Shown here piece after piece: positions 1 to 11,913 of a stretch of DNA of 64,000 bases (positions are counted from its first letter, which is position 1; every line of letters begins with the position of its first letter). A program made the translations under genes and the position numbers. Origin of the DNA: Octopus sinensis (taxonomy: Eukaryota); assembly GCF_006345805.1 (NCBI RefSeq), contig NC_043009.1:22134001-22198000 (forward strand). The letters are read 5' to 3'. The notes beneath the pieces are model-generated. The model was not told where the DNA came from. It saw nothing but the letters and a program-made list of their open reading frames with translations, and made no database searches.

Positions 1-1911
1 GTCAGCATAGAGGAGCTCCCAGGGGCAACCTGTCTTGAATTCCTCTGTTATTGCCTGGAGGACTATGATAAATAGGAGGGGGCCGAGTACTGAACCCTGG
101 TGGACCCCAACCTCTACTTTGAATTCTTCTGTGTACATGTTGCCAACCCTAACCTTGCTTACGGCATCTCTGTACATGGCTTGCACAGCCCTCACCAGCC
201 ATTCATCTATCCCTAGTTTCCTCATTGACCACCAGATGAGGGATCAGGGGACCCTATCAAAGGCTTTCTCCATGTCAACGAAAGCCAGGTACAGGGGCTT
301 ATCTTTGGCTAGGTATTTCTCCTGCAGCTGCCTTACCAGGAATATAGCATCAGTAGTGCTTTTCCCTGGCACAAACCCAAACTGCATCTCATCTAAACTA
401 ACTCTCTCTCTAATTAGTTGGGCTATGACCCTCTCCGTAACCTTCATTACCTGATCCAACAGCTTGATACCTCTGTAATTATTTGTATCTAGGGCATCAC
501 TTTTACCTTTGTAGCAGTTGACTAGTATGCTGCTACATCAGTCATTGGGTATGACTCCTTCGTGTATCACCTGGTTGACTATACGGTTGACTAGGTTATA
601 GCCGACACTGCCAGATATTTTGAGCATCTCTGCAGTAATTCCTGATGGGCCTGGGGCTTTCCCTGTCTTCATGCTTCTAATTGCCTTAGCTACCACGGAA
701 CTATCAACTCGGATAGCTGGTCCCTCTGTTGGGTCAACATTCGGCAGACTCTCTTTATCCCATTCATTTTCTTTATTCAGCAACCTTTCATAGTGGCATC
801 TCCAAACCTCTCTCTTTGCATCCTCATTTAGCGCAAGTGAACCATCATCCATGCGAACACACTTCTCTCCTACCACATCACAATTCTCTCTCACACACTG
901 TCTTGCAACACGAAATACCTCAAGTCTTTCATCCTCACGGCGCAGAACATTGGCAAATTTTTTCTTATCCGCTTCCCCTCTGGCTAAATAAACCTGTCTC
1001 CTAGCTTCCCTTCTGGCTGTCTGATACAATTCCCTGCTACCACCGTTCTTACAGTCCTTCCAAGCCTGTCTCTTTTGTCTAATAGCCCTGTCAACCACAG
1101 TGTTCCACCATCATGTTACTCTGGGTTGAGATGGTACTTTGCTCCATCCACAGATCTGGTCAGTGGCTGTCAGCAGATTGTCCCGTAGAAATCTCCAGTT
1201 GTCTTCCACATTAAGTAAAGCTATATCCCCTTCTATTTCATCAAAGGCTTCGAGTAGTATGTCTCTAAATCTCTGTCCATTTGCAGGATCTTTAAGCTTC
1301 CAGACCCATCTCCTCCAAGCAGGTCTTCTTCTGGGCAACCATTTAGCTCTGATCCTGAAGTCGCTAACTACTAATCTATGTTGAGGAGTGCATTCTTCGC
1401 CTGGAAAGGTTTTGGCATTTATAATCAGCCCTCTTTCCCTTTTTCTGGCAAGGATGTAGTCAATCTGGCTGGTGTGTCTGCCAGAACGGTAGGTGACTAG
1501 GTGAGAGGAGAGTTTCCTGAAGTTGGTATTGCAGACCATAAGGTCATTTGCATCGCAGAACTCCAGCAGCCTGGTTCCCTCCTCATTACGAGAGCCGAAA
1601 CCGTAGCCTCCATGGACGCCATGGAAGCCCCCGACATGCCGTCTGACATGTCCATTGAAATCACCTGCCACGAAGAGAAGGTCACTGTCATTTGTCAACG
1701 AGGTAGTTCGCAATAGGGTGTCATAGAATTGGTCTTTTTGTCCTTCCGGTAGCCCTGGTTGAGGGGCATATGCCGAGATGATGGTAGCTGTCCTGTGGTG
1801 AAGAACTAATCTAATTTTAATTACTCTGTCACTTACTCTGATTACCTCAATTACCTTACCTACCCATTTCTCTGCAAGAAGTATACCCACGCCCCCGACC
1901 CCGTCAGTGTT
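1..1911 (-). mobile_element. RTE-clade LINE, 5'-truncated, inactivated (APE endonuclease + RT), continues off the window
   Basis: ORFs 1111-2043 (APE motifs SAYAP, GDFNGH, SQIDYIL), 538-1098 and 244-459 (QFGFVPGKSTTDA, FVDMEKAFDRV). WELLYAD is read at positions 22-1. In-frame TGA stops replace Trp at 1111 and 538. Near-identical to the copy at 42570-45380. Confidence 0.95.
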
Positions 1912-2390
1912 CCAGTATACCCACGCCCCCGACCCCGACCCCGTCAGTGTTATATATATATATATATATATATTGGAAGGTTTGGAGATGATGTACAGGT
2001 ATTTTATAATACACACACACACACATATAAGAGGGATGTCCACGTAGTGGTCATCCCTCTTATATGTATGTAATATAATTTTTCTGAATATCAGATTTTA
2101 ATATGCTAGACCACTGGTTTTAAATTGATATTAATCAAATTAATAGTCAATTTTTTCACCCTTATTATTTTGAATTTATATATATATATATTACGGAGGT
2201 GTATTTGCATAGCAAGTGACCTGATCTGGGATCGTGTGCTGAAACAGAAAGAATTGCAGCATGGAAGGTGTTTATAAGCCATTTAAAAAACACGCAAAAA
2301 CTGTTAGATTCACTTCAACATTTAATTTGCCAAAATATTTTTGTCGCTTTGAGACTGCGACCTGATCACTGACAAAATGTAGTATGGAAT

Positions 2391-2441
2391 TTTGTCAGTG
2401 ATCAGGTTGCAGTCTCAAAGCGACAAAAATATTTTGGCAAA
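2391..2441 (+). ncRNA. Minimal type I hammerhead-like motif, G3-C8 core, G12A defect (mirror copy on - strand at 2326-2376)
   Basis: tttgtca GTGATCA g gttgc agtctcaaa gcgac AAAA atat TT tggcaaa: 7-bp stem I, 5-bp stem II, palindromic stem III. Confidence 0.6.
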
Positions 2442-2920
2442 AGACATGTTGAGGCAAGTGAAATTGAAATCAAATTCAATGACTGGCATCCATGCTAGTG
2501 GAGCGCTAAGAGCATCATCCGAACGTGATCGTTGCCAGATCAGCTAACTGGCTTCTGTGCTGGTGGCACATAAAAAGCACCATTCGAGCGTGATTTTTAC
2601 CAGTGTCACCTTACTGGCACGTGAAAAAATATTCGAGTGAGGTTGTTCTCAGTGCTGCTGGACTGGCTCTTGTGCATGTGGAATGTAAAAAACACCATTT
2701 GAGCATGGCCATTGCCAGTACCGCCTGACTGGCCCTTGTGTCAGTGGCACGTAAATGCACCCACTACACTTTCGGAGTGGTTGGCGTTAGGAAGGGCATC
2801 CAACAGTAGAAATTCTGCCAGATCAGATTGCCTGGTGCAGCCATCTGGCTTGCCAGTCCTCAGTCTAACCGTCCAACCCATGCTAGCATGGAGAGTGGAT
2901 GTTAAACAATGATGATGATG
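2442..2920 (+). mobile_element. Non-autonomous RTE 3'-tail element
   Basis: Repeated gtggcac-taaaaagcac modules, gtggttggcgttaggaagggcatcc motif and (GAT)n tail, all shared with the RTE 3' UTR at 42570-43200. Confidence 0.8.
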
Positions 2921-3011
2921 AAATTTAAATTTAAATGTTGAAGTGAATCTAGTGATTTTTGTGTGTTTTTTAAATGGTTTATAAACACTTTCTATGCTGC
3001 AATTGTTTATA

Positions 3012-3057
<46 letters not shown>

Positions 3058-3060
<3 letters not shown>

Positions 3061-3896
3061 AGACCAGGCAGGACAAGTGAGCCCAGCCCACTTATGAATG
3101 CCTTTCCTCCCTTGGACACAAAGACCGGTTGAGGCAAGCGAAGTCGATATAGAACCTCATCCGACGACAGACACCCATCCCAACCCCCCATGCTTGCGAA
3201 GACATGTTGGGGCAAGCGAAATCGAAATCGAAACCGAATTGAACCAGCCAGGATCCCTGGCCTGGTGGTACGTAAAAAGCACTATCCGACTCGGGGCCGT
3301 GGCACGTAAAATACTCCAATGCGACCGTACGACAGGCACCCATGCCAACCCCCTTTGCTTGTGAAGACATGTTGGGGCAAGCGAAATCGAAATCGAATTG
3401 AACCAGCCAGGATCCCTGGTCTGGTGGTACGTAAAAAGCACTATCCGACTCGTGGCCGTGGCACGTAAAATACTCCAATGCGACCGTACGACAGGCACCC
3501 TTGCCAACCCCCTTTGCTTGTGAAGACATGTTGGGGCAAGCGAAATCGAAATCGAATTGAACCAGCCAGGATCCCTGGTCTGGTGGTACGTAAAAAGCAC
3601 TATCCGACTCGTGGCCGATGCCAGCACCGCCTCGACTGGCTTCCGTGCCGGTGGCACATAAAATACACCAATCTGACCGTGGCCGTTGCCAGCCCCGCCT
3701 GGCACCTGTGCAGGTGGCACGTAAATAGCACCCACTACACTCACGGAGTGGTTGGCGTTAGGAAGGGCATCCAGCTGTAGAAACATTGCCAAATTAGACT
3801 GGAGCCTGGTGCAGCCTTCTGGCTTCCCAGAACCCCGGTCGAACCGTCCAACCCATGCTAGCATGGAGAACGGACGTTAAACGACGATGATGATGA
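3058..3896 (+). mobile_element. RTE 3'-tail element with internal ~120-bp tandem repeats
   Basis: gaagacatgttggggcaagcgaaatcgaaatcgaa... recurs at about 3198, 3363 and 3522. Ends in the shared RTE tail and (GAT)n. Confidence 0.8.
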
Positions 3897-4880
3897 TATA
3901 TATATATTGGATGAAGTGGTGAAGAAAGATTATCGGATGCTGAGCCTAACTGAGGAAATGACAAGGGACCATGGGATGTAGTAATTTGCTGTACTTGATA
4001 AGACACATCAAACTAAGCAATATCATTATCTTCCAAACATACAGGCTTGTCCTTTCAGATGCTGGTGCCACTTACAGAGCACTTGTGCCAGTGCTGCATA
4101 GATGCACCCATGCTGGTGGCACATGAAAAGCGACCACCACACACTTATGTGGTTGGTGTTAGGATGGGCATCCAGTCGTAGAAACCATGCCACAACAGAC
4201 AGCTCCTTGTCAAACCATCCAACTCATGCCAGCATGGAAAGTGGATGTTAAATGATGATGATGATGACACATCCTCACAGGGGTGACTATAGGTGCAGGC
4301 ATGGCTGTGTGGTTAAAAAGCTTGCTTCATATCTTTGTGGTCTCAGGTTCAGTCTCACTGTGTGAAACTTCATGCAAGTGTCTTTTATTATGACCCTGGT
4401 CCAACCCAATAACCGTCTAAATTCTTTAGTGCCCGCAAGGGGTTACACACAGAGGGGACAAACAAGGACAGACAAACGGTTTAAGTCGATTACATCGACC
4501 CTAGTGTGTAACTGGTACTTAATTTATCGACCCCAAAAGGATGAAAGGCAAAGTCGACCTCGGCAGAATTTGAACTCAGAACGTAACGGCAGGCGAAATA
4601 CGGCTATGCATTTCACCCGTCATGCCGCTTTTTCTGAATATCTCCTTGTCTTAATATTGTGATAGTTGTGAGAGTGTCACTGACATACAAGCAATGTCAT
4701 TCATTTCTTATCTTAGATACTTGGCTAAAGGCAAATTTTACCTTACTTGGAGACAGGAAGAAAATCTACCTCCAGAACTTCCATTTGACCCATGCAAGCA
4801 TGGAAATGTTGGACATTAAACTGATGGTCAATATTTTGTGTGTATGTATTTGTAAGTTAGTTGTGCCTCTTGCTTTACAT

Positions 4881-5106
4881 TCAACTCTTTAGCATTCAGA
4901 CTACTCTGTAAAATAAAGCTTCTCTATTCACATTGTTTTGAATTCACCGTGCGTTATCTTGTAGCTTCAAGATTTTGAAGATGTGATAGTTTATTTTTAG
5001 AATGACATCATAGGATCGGTGTGTGAGGCTGGATCTGGGTAGTCTGAATGTAAAATAGGTAGAATATCTGAGCCAAATATGACTGGTTTAAATACTAAAA
5101 GGTTAA
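4881..5106. mobile_element. TTAA-type (piggyBac-like) MITE
   Basis: Ends tcaactctttagcatt ... aatactaaaaggttaa. Homologous copies at about 11060-11227, 27856-28910 and 53492-53721. Confidence 0.65.
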
Positions 5107-5307
5107 GAAGGATATATCTTGATAGTATTCAAGTGAAACATTGGACTGCCGGTTTGCAGCCAGTATTAAGTCTGACCTTCTGTCTATTTGAAGCAGGTCA
5201 TCTGTGTGTGTGTGTGTGTGTGTGTACAAATGTGTATATAGGTTTCTTGTGATATTTACAATTATTATTGTATGTGTAATAACTAATCTATTTATGTGTA
5301 TTTGTAG

Positions 5308-5504
5308 GTCTGTCGAGATATTTCTTCCTCCACATTTACAGTTACTGTGTACGATAAATATTTTCTCTAAAATCATCAATTGTATCAGCTGGCACCCTTT
5401 ATACACCACCAGCTACAACATGATGTCTACCTGCTCCAATTGGTTAGCTATAGGCTCCAATGATTCTGTTGTACATGTTGTCGACCTCACTATTGTCATT
5501 AAAG
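5308..5504 (+). CDS. GEMIN5: Gemin5 internal coding exon (WD40 repeats)
   Basis: tgtag|G ... AAAG|gtatgc. Translates SVEIFLPPHLQLLCTINIFSKIINCISWHP...WLAIGSNDSVVHVVDLTIVIK, resembling the remembered human Gemin5 IEIF..PNLKLICTI...ISWH...ASGSNNAVIYVHNL. Confidence 0.9.
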
Positions 5505-5980
5505 GTATGCAACCAATTTCCTTTTGCAATTTTGTGCTTTCTCCGCTCCTCTTGTTCACAGCTTTTATTCATCCCCAATTATACTAGAATCTGCTGTTCA
5601 TATGGGAGCCTTTATACTCTCGCTTGACATGCTTGAAATAGCAGCAAATTAACCTAATCAGACTCTAACTAAATATAAAAAAATATATATGTAATAATAT
5701 TTTATTAGCTTAAAACTTATAAGTGATCACTATGCCTTGACTAAGATAAAGAGTCTAATATTGGGGTGTATAAGCCCTGGAGGGAAAAAGTAGGGTTTAC
5801 CATACACATGTGTATGCTAAACTCTACCTTTTTCCATCGCTTATAAGCTTTAAGCTTATAAAATATTATTATTTACAGATTGTAAAGTTTGGCACTGACT
5901 ACCAAATAATCACACACACACACACATGTGTGTTCTGCTGTTTCTATCTATATGTGTTCTATCTGTTTCTTTATTATCAG

Positions 5981-6160
5981 TCGCCATGATAGATCGGTAG
6001 CCACTACACACATTTTTTTTCTCTCCTTGTTTCTTTCTGTGGTAGAGCGTAGGCTTGAAACGTTAAAGACTTTTTCAATTCCTGAGCGTGATACTAATAC
6101 ATCTGTTTGTTTTCTACACTACCTGTCTTCGTCTTTTGTTTTTTCCTTGAATTCTCCCTA
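5981..6160 (+). mobile_element. Short (TA)n-tailed element with degenerate hammerhead-like motif (6032-6069)
   Basis: tcttt CTGTGGT a gagc gtag gctt GAAA cg TT aaaga. Homologous to 62430-62640 on the - strand. Confidence 0.55.
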
Positions 6161-6218
6161 TATATATATATATATATATTTGAAAAAGGAGATGTGGAAC
6201 ACGAGTTGTGATATATAA

Positions 6219-6528
6219 AAAAAGGAAATGAAGAAAATGCTGACAAAATAATTTAAGTAAGGGAGAGTGTATTTAATTAGGTGAAAGTTCTTTTTACCGG
6301 TTGCGCATTTGTTATGCTTATCAAAAGATATTTTTTTAAGAGAGATAGAGTTCCTTTCTGATAGATTTTTTTCTAAAAAAATCTATCAGAAAGGAACTCT
6401 ATCTCTCTTAAAAAAATATCTTTTGATAAGCATAACAAATGCGCAACCGGTAAAAAGAACTTTCACCTAATTAAATACACTCTCCCTTACTTAAATTATT
6501 TTGTCAGCATTTTCTTCATTTCCTTTTT
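6219..6528. repeat. Perfect palindrome (154-bp arms, 2-nt centre) carrying a hammerhead-like motif on each strand
   Basis: 6219-6372 is the reverse complement of 6375-6528. The + arm contains TTGATAA gcat aacaa atgc GCAA ccgg TA (6423-6452). Flanked by TA runs. Confidence 0.9.
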
Positions 6529-7025
6529 ATATATATATATATATATATAATTATAATAAAGCAACAGATAGAACAGTGTACAATGTAGTTCTAGAAATAT
6601 AGATCATCAATAAGACAAGATGGTCAAGGGTGGAACTTCTGCTCAGTTAGAGTGGACTTGGTGCTCTAAACAACTTGAGTTACTTTTTTGTGAAGAGGCC
6701 TTAAGAATTGCTCTACCTAACTATCTCTCTGTTACCCTAGCTGGGTTTTTACTGTCGCAGCAACTGACACCAAAGTAGAAAGTGAAAAGAATGTGTTTAT
6801 GTTCGTGTGTGTGTGTGTGTGTGCGCGCATGCACATTTGGAAACATCCAGGAAGGTTTTCTATGGCCACATACTTGTTCTGTGCCTTCACTTTTCCAACC
6901 TACTAAACACACTTCCATTTACTACTCCTACCAACTACTTTTTCCACTATTTACCTATTTTTGAAAGTTCTTTGTTCATACCAGAACTCCATAGATTTCA
7001 AATGATGTTTTTATTGAAATTTCAG

Positions 7026-7171
7026 AGAAGGTTTCAGACAGCAACGAAATAGTAATAATCACTGAGAGTCTTCGCAGCCTGGAAGGTCACAGTAAAAGAA
7101 TCACTGGTCTGTGTTGGAGTACGCACAATGAAGGTCACCTAGTCACGATTTCTTATGATAAAACTGCTGTG
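7026..7171 (+). CDS. GEMIN5: Gemin5 internal coding exon (WD40)
   Basis: ttcag|AG ... GTG|gtaagt. Phase matches the previous exon. Translates EKVSDSNEIVIITESLRSLEGHSKRITGLCWSTHNEGHLVTISYDKTAV (GH...W...SYD WD40 pattern). Confidence 0.92.
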
Positions 7172-9193
7172 GTAAGTTGTCGTCACCCTTTGGAATGTGT
7201 TTTAGTTGTATAACCCGAGCTTTTTAAGTGTTCTTTCTTATGGTCCTCCTGTTTTATCCTGCCCCTCTCCCCTCCATATACTCTCTTCCGCATCTCCATT
7301 CACTCCAGTTCATTATTCATTTGTTACTATATCCCCATTACCTCTCCATCCCTGCATTATAAAATGTTAATTGGGTGCTAAAAATTGCTGCTAATATTTT
7401 TGGGAGACTGTCTTGTATTTGCTGGTTTCAGAACTGCAAGTCTATTGCATCCCTGCTTTTGGAAACAAGAAGATATATTTGAAGAATATTTGATGCTTTT
7501 ATGTTTACATAACTAAAGGAATATTAGCCAATTTTGTAGAATTGCACAGAGTTGTAGTCGGAGGTGCATGGCTTAGTGGTTCGGGTATTGGATTCATAAC
7601 TGTAAGATTGTGGTTTCAATCCCTGGACCGGGCGGTCTGTTGTGTTCTTGAGCAAAACACTTCACATTGCTCTTGTCCACTCTGTAGGAATGAGTTTAGC
7701 CTGAAGAGGGATGGGCTCTGCCAGGCTTTCTCTCCCTAGAGTCACTGCATGACTGCAGTGCCCCAACGACCCCCAAGGGGTTAAGGGATTTGTCAATTGT
7801 CAATAGAGTTGTAGTAGAATGGCATGAAATTGAAGCACAATATATGACAGGCTTTGCTAAAGGTGTAATTTGCTTGCAGTCCACCACAAAAGCATAACTG
7901 AACTTTTTGACATGTTGTGTGGCCTTTGTAAGCAAAAGGCTCATCCACACAATATCACTTGGTTCCTGTTCTTCACATAAACACGTCCAGGCTGGGAGAT
8001 TATTGACTCACTTCAAAATTGTTGAGGTTGGTAACAGGAAGGGCATTCAGCTATTGAACATCTTCTTGTCTGATACGTGCAAGCATGGAAAAGTAGACAT
8101 TAAAATGATAAGGTGATGATGATAATGCTGAGGACCCTGTCACTGCTGACTTTTATTGTTTACTGATTTCTAGAATTGCTGATACTGGCACATTAATGCA
8201 CTGGCTTCAGAAGAAGAAAAGTTGGTAAAAACACTAAACTTCATCATCATAATCATTTAGTGTCTGTTTTCCATGCTTGCATGGGTTGGACAGTTTGCGA
8301 GGAGCTGCACCATGTTCCATAGTCTGTTTTTGGCTTGGTTTCTACAGCTGAATGCACTTCCTAATGCCAACCATTTTACAAACTGTACTGGGTGCTTTTT
8401 ATGTGGCACCATCAAACAGTGCATCATTACCAGTGCTTTTAACATAGCACCATCACTCGTGCTTTAAACTTGCTATCTTCAATTTGATTTCTCTGCCGAT
8501 CCTCATGTATGGTCATGAATGTTGGGTATTGACCAAAAGGGTACACTCATAGATACAAGCAGCCAAAATTGGGTTCCTCCAAAGGTTCTCTAGAATAATG
8601 TTACTTGACAGAGTGCATAGCTCAGAGATCTGGGAATCTCTCCAGGTCAAGCTGTTGCATCTCCAAATTAAGAGGTCACAACTCTGGTACCATGGACGTA
8701 TGTTTAGAATGTTACAGGAATGAATGGTAAAGGTTGATTCTTCAAGTTGAGCCAATTGGCAGGAAACCTAGGGATAGAGCAAGAATTTGATGGTTGCTGC
8801 TTAATATCCATAGTCTCAGATGGTCGTCAGGTTTGGGAATCCAGTCAGAAAGTCTGTTAGTTACTTCTGATAGGACTCTATGGAGAAGATACCCTAGGAT
8901 TCTACCTCCACAAACCACTCGTGAATAACAACCAGAGAAAATGGATGGGTGGCCAAATCTCAAAGAAATGAAAGGCTTCTGTTTGAAGTAGGTCAAGCAA
9001 TGGCATAAAGACTTCCATGCTGGCTTATGAATGACAGTCTTTAAGGGGGTGGTGAACGGCAGATTTTAGGATATCTTTCAGGGCAACAATGTATTTTGTT
9101 TTTGACCAGGTGGCTGTTTCAGGATAGTGAAAAGTATTGGTATAAGTAAGAGTGAAAAAAAAAACAACCAATTAATTTTTTTTTTATTTTCAG

Positions 9194-9362
9194 GTGTGGG
9201 ACGTTAAGAAAGGTGAGGCCTTAGCTCATTACCGAGGCCATTCGGGTCGGTTGATGTGTGTTAGTTGGAGTTTAACTGACCCTAACCTCATATACACTGG
9301 ATCCGATGATTGTTTCCTTCATGGATGGAGAATGTCAGCACACCATTGTCAACCAAAACTTA
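9194..9362 (+). CDS. GEMIN5: Gemin5 internal coding exon (WD40)
   Basis: Long poly-T cag|GTG ... CTT A|gtaagt. Translates VWDVKKGEALAHYRGHSGRLMCVSWSLTDPNLIYTGSDDCFLHGWRMSAHHCQPKL, resembling Gemin5 VWD...[27 protein letters not shown]. Confidence 0.93.
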
Positions 9363-9639
9363 GTAAGTGAGGAAAAAAGTTTTCTATTTTTCTTTTGTTC
9401 ACCATTATATGTGTAGCTATTCACTTATTACAATAAGTAACATTTTATCATGTAATCATTATATTAAAAAAAAAATGCTGTTTTCATAGCTTTGTACAAT
9501 TGATTGTGGTTTCATTCTTTTATTTACTTTGGGCCTCTGGACATAAAAACATTTCCAGCCTGTTCACAATAAATGTTTTGCTGGCTCTTTGTTTAAAGTA
9601 TTTACTGTGGAATGTATAAAGTATGTCACTCCTCGTGGT

Positions 9640-10052
9640 TTGACCATATGTATATTAGGGCACAAATGTTTCAGAAGGCTGGTACACATCCCATACACAG
9701 AGCACAAAAAAAAACCAACTTTGATAGACAACAAGTCAATGAATACACTAGCCTACATAAACCACACCTTCTGCAGGTAAAACGAGAAAAACTTGCCTGG
9801 TGCGGTGATGAATCCCAACACAACTCCCTGTCTAAAGCCATCCTTCAGAGTACAATTGAGAGGGGATAAAAGAGAGGTAGACAGAGAAAATCCTTGTCTG
9901 ACATCATCAAAGACGACAGGTCACAACTCCACAACCTTGCTATGCATGACAAAGAACAGAGACCAGTGGCAATGGCTGACTGCAAAAGGATCTAAAGTGG
10001 CATCCCAATGACTGGCTGCCCCAGTTAAGGGATCTTGATGATGATGATGACT
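9640..10052 (+). mobile_element. Degenerate RTE 3' fragment
   Basis: Fragments KCFRRLVHIPYTEHK and SLSKAILQSTIERG resemble the RTE C-terminus; (GAT)n tail. Confidence 0.6.
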
Positions 10053-10092
10053 TCTTGGTGAAGCATGTGCTGTATAAGTTGTATAGACATTT

Positions 10093-10310
10093 TACTCTTT
10101 TATTTGTTTCAGTCATTTGACTGCGGCCATGCTGGAGCACTGCCTTTAGTCAAGCAAATTGCCCCCGGGACTTATTCTTTGTAAGCCTAGTACTTATTCT
10201 ATCGGTCTCTTTTGCCAAACTGCTAAGTTATGGGGACATAAACACACCAGCATCGGTTGTCAAGCGATGTTGGGGGGAGGGAACACAGATACACAAACAA
10301 ACACACACAT

Positions 10311-10354
<44 letters not shown>

Positions 10355-10517
10355 CGGGCTTCTTTCAGCTTCCATCTACCAAATTCACTCACAAGGCTTT
10401 GGTCGGCCCGAGGCTATAGTAGAAGACACTTGCCCAAGGTGCCACGCAGTGGGACTGAACCCAGAACCATGTGGTTTGTAAGCAAGCTACTTACCACATG
10501 GTCCCTCCTACGCCTAT
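10093..10517 (-). mobile_element. tRNA-derived SINE family A (internal TA/CA microsatellite)
   Basis: Family consensus head gtggctgtgtggtaag...gggttcagtccc (A/B boxes) and tail ...gcagtcaaatgactgaaacaaataaaagag. More than a dozen copies in the window. Confidence 0.85.
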
Positions 10518-11913
10518 AGTGCATGAATTATATTATTGATTTGAAAATGTCTTGAGTAGGGTGTGCGCTATGCCCAGCAAGGGCTATGTTTTTTTAGACT
10601 GTATTAACAGCACATACGTAATAAAATTTTTAGTGTATTAAATCATGTAGTATATAAAGCAACTTCGCACTTAATATCTTTAGCGATATTTTTGGAGTAA
10701 AACGTGTCTAATCAGCCATCACTATTGTGTAAGGGTAATATATTCAAGGGAGATGACTGGAGAAATAAAATAAAGTAATTGCGTCCCTTGACTCAAATGC
10801 TCTTTAAGTACCTCATCTTGTCCTCACTAGTTTCTGCGCTTGAATCCTAAGTTTAACTATGCCTTTTATTTTTTGATGATTGATGAAAATAAGCGCATGT
10901 CACATATTAGGATTGAGTCAATTGACTGTATCTCTTCCTTAGAAATTTAAATCTTTTTGCTAATGCAATCAGGCACAGTGGATAGGGATAAATAAAAAGC
11001 TTCATATAAGGATGTAACTAAATAGTCCTTGGGTACAGTCCCCACCTATTTCTGCTATTCTAATCTATTAGTATTCAGATTACCCTGTCAAATGTAATGC
11101 TTATTTGCTTTGAATTGCTCCTGCATATCTTATTGCTTTGTGATTTTGATGATGTGACTGTTTATTTCTGAAATGCCATTGTAGGGTCAGTTTAAGCACT
11201 GACCAGTTTAAGCACTAAAGGATTAAAGGAGCTCCAATGGGTTTTCAACCTTTAAATGACAGGGACAAAGTTACATATTTAGACTATTTGTAGTCTAAAT
11301 ATCATCATCATACTTGAGTTTTTTTTCTATGCTAGCATAGGCTGGATGAATCTTGCAACATCTCACCACTTTTGACAATGTTCTTTTTGGCACACACGAG
11401 AACAGAGAAAACTGCCAGTCATTGTGGTTGTATTTGCCTTTCTGTAATAATAATAATAATAATAATGACCTAATCATCGGTTTAACATCCACTTTTTCAT
11501 GCTTGCATGGGTGGGACAAGATCTGTTGAGTTGAATTTTTCTACAGCTGGGTGCCCCTCATGTTTCACCTGTTTCCAAGCAAAGTAATATTTCCCCATGA
11601 GCTGACATATTTCCATGGATGGCTAAAAACAACACCATTGGCATGACAGTGACACTCATTTACATCTATCCTGCAAAGTTACTGCAAGGACGCACTCAAG
11701 CATGCACCAAACTTACCCACAAGACTTTGGATGGCGCAGAGTTATTGTAGAAAGCCATAAAATTCACTCCATAATTGCCAATGGACATCTGGTGTAGTGG
11801 TTAAGAGCATGAATAAATAAAATTGAATATTAAGTATTTATGGAACTTTGATTTACTGTCAGGTGACTTTTGGCCAAACCTATATATATATATATATATA
11901 TATATGTGTATAC

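Larger units (their letters stand above)
2254..3003. repeat. Fold-back palindromic element with central hammerhead motif, right arm split by an insertion
   Basis: 2326-2378 pairs with 2389-2441. 2254-2325 pairs with about 2929-3003. An RTE-tail element (2442-2920) lies between the two parts of the right arm. Confidence 0.8.

Noticed and set aside
35-1384. + strand ORFs overlapping RTEs (also 44156-45125)
   Set aside because: Antisense shadows of the RT/APE frame.
3092-3864. Repetitive ORFs and a CRISPR-like look of regularly repeated motifs
   Set aside because: Whole units are duplicated with no unique spacers and no cas genes; this is RTE 3' UTR tandem sequence.
8500-9120. Coding-like - strand stretch (also 56900-57450)
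   Set aside because: Multiple stops and no recognisable motif; probably decayed transposon that cannot be assigned.
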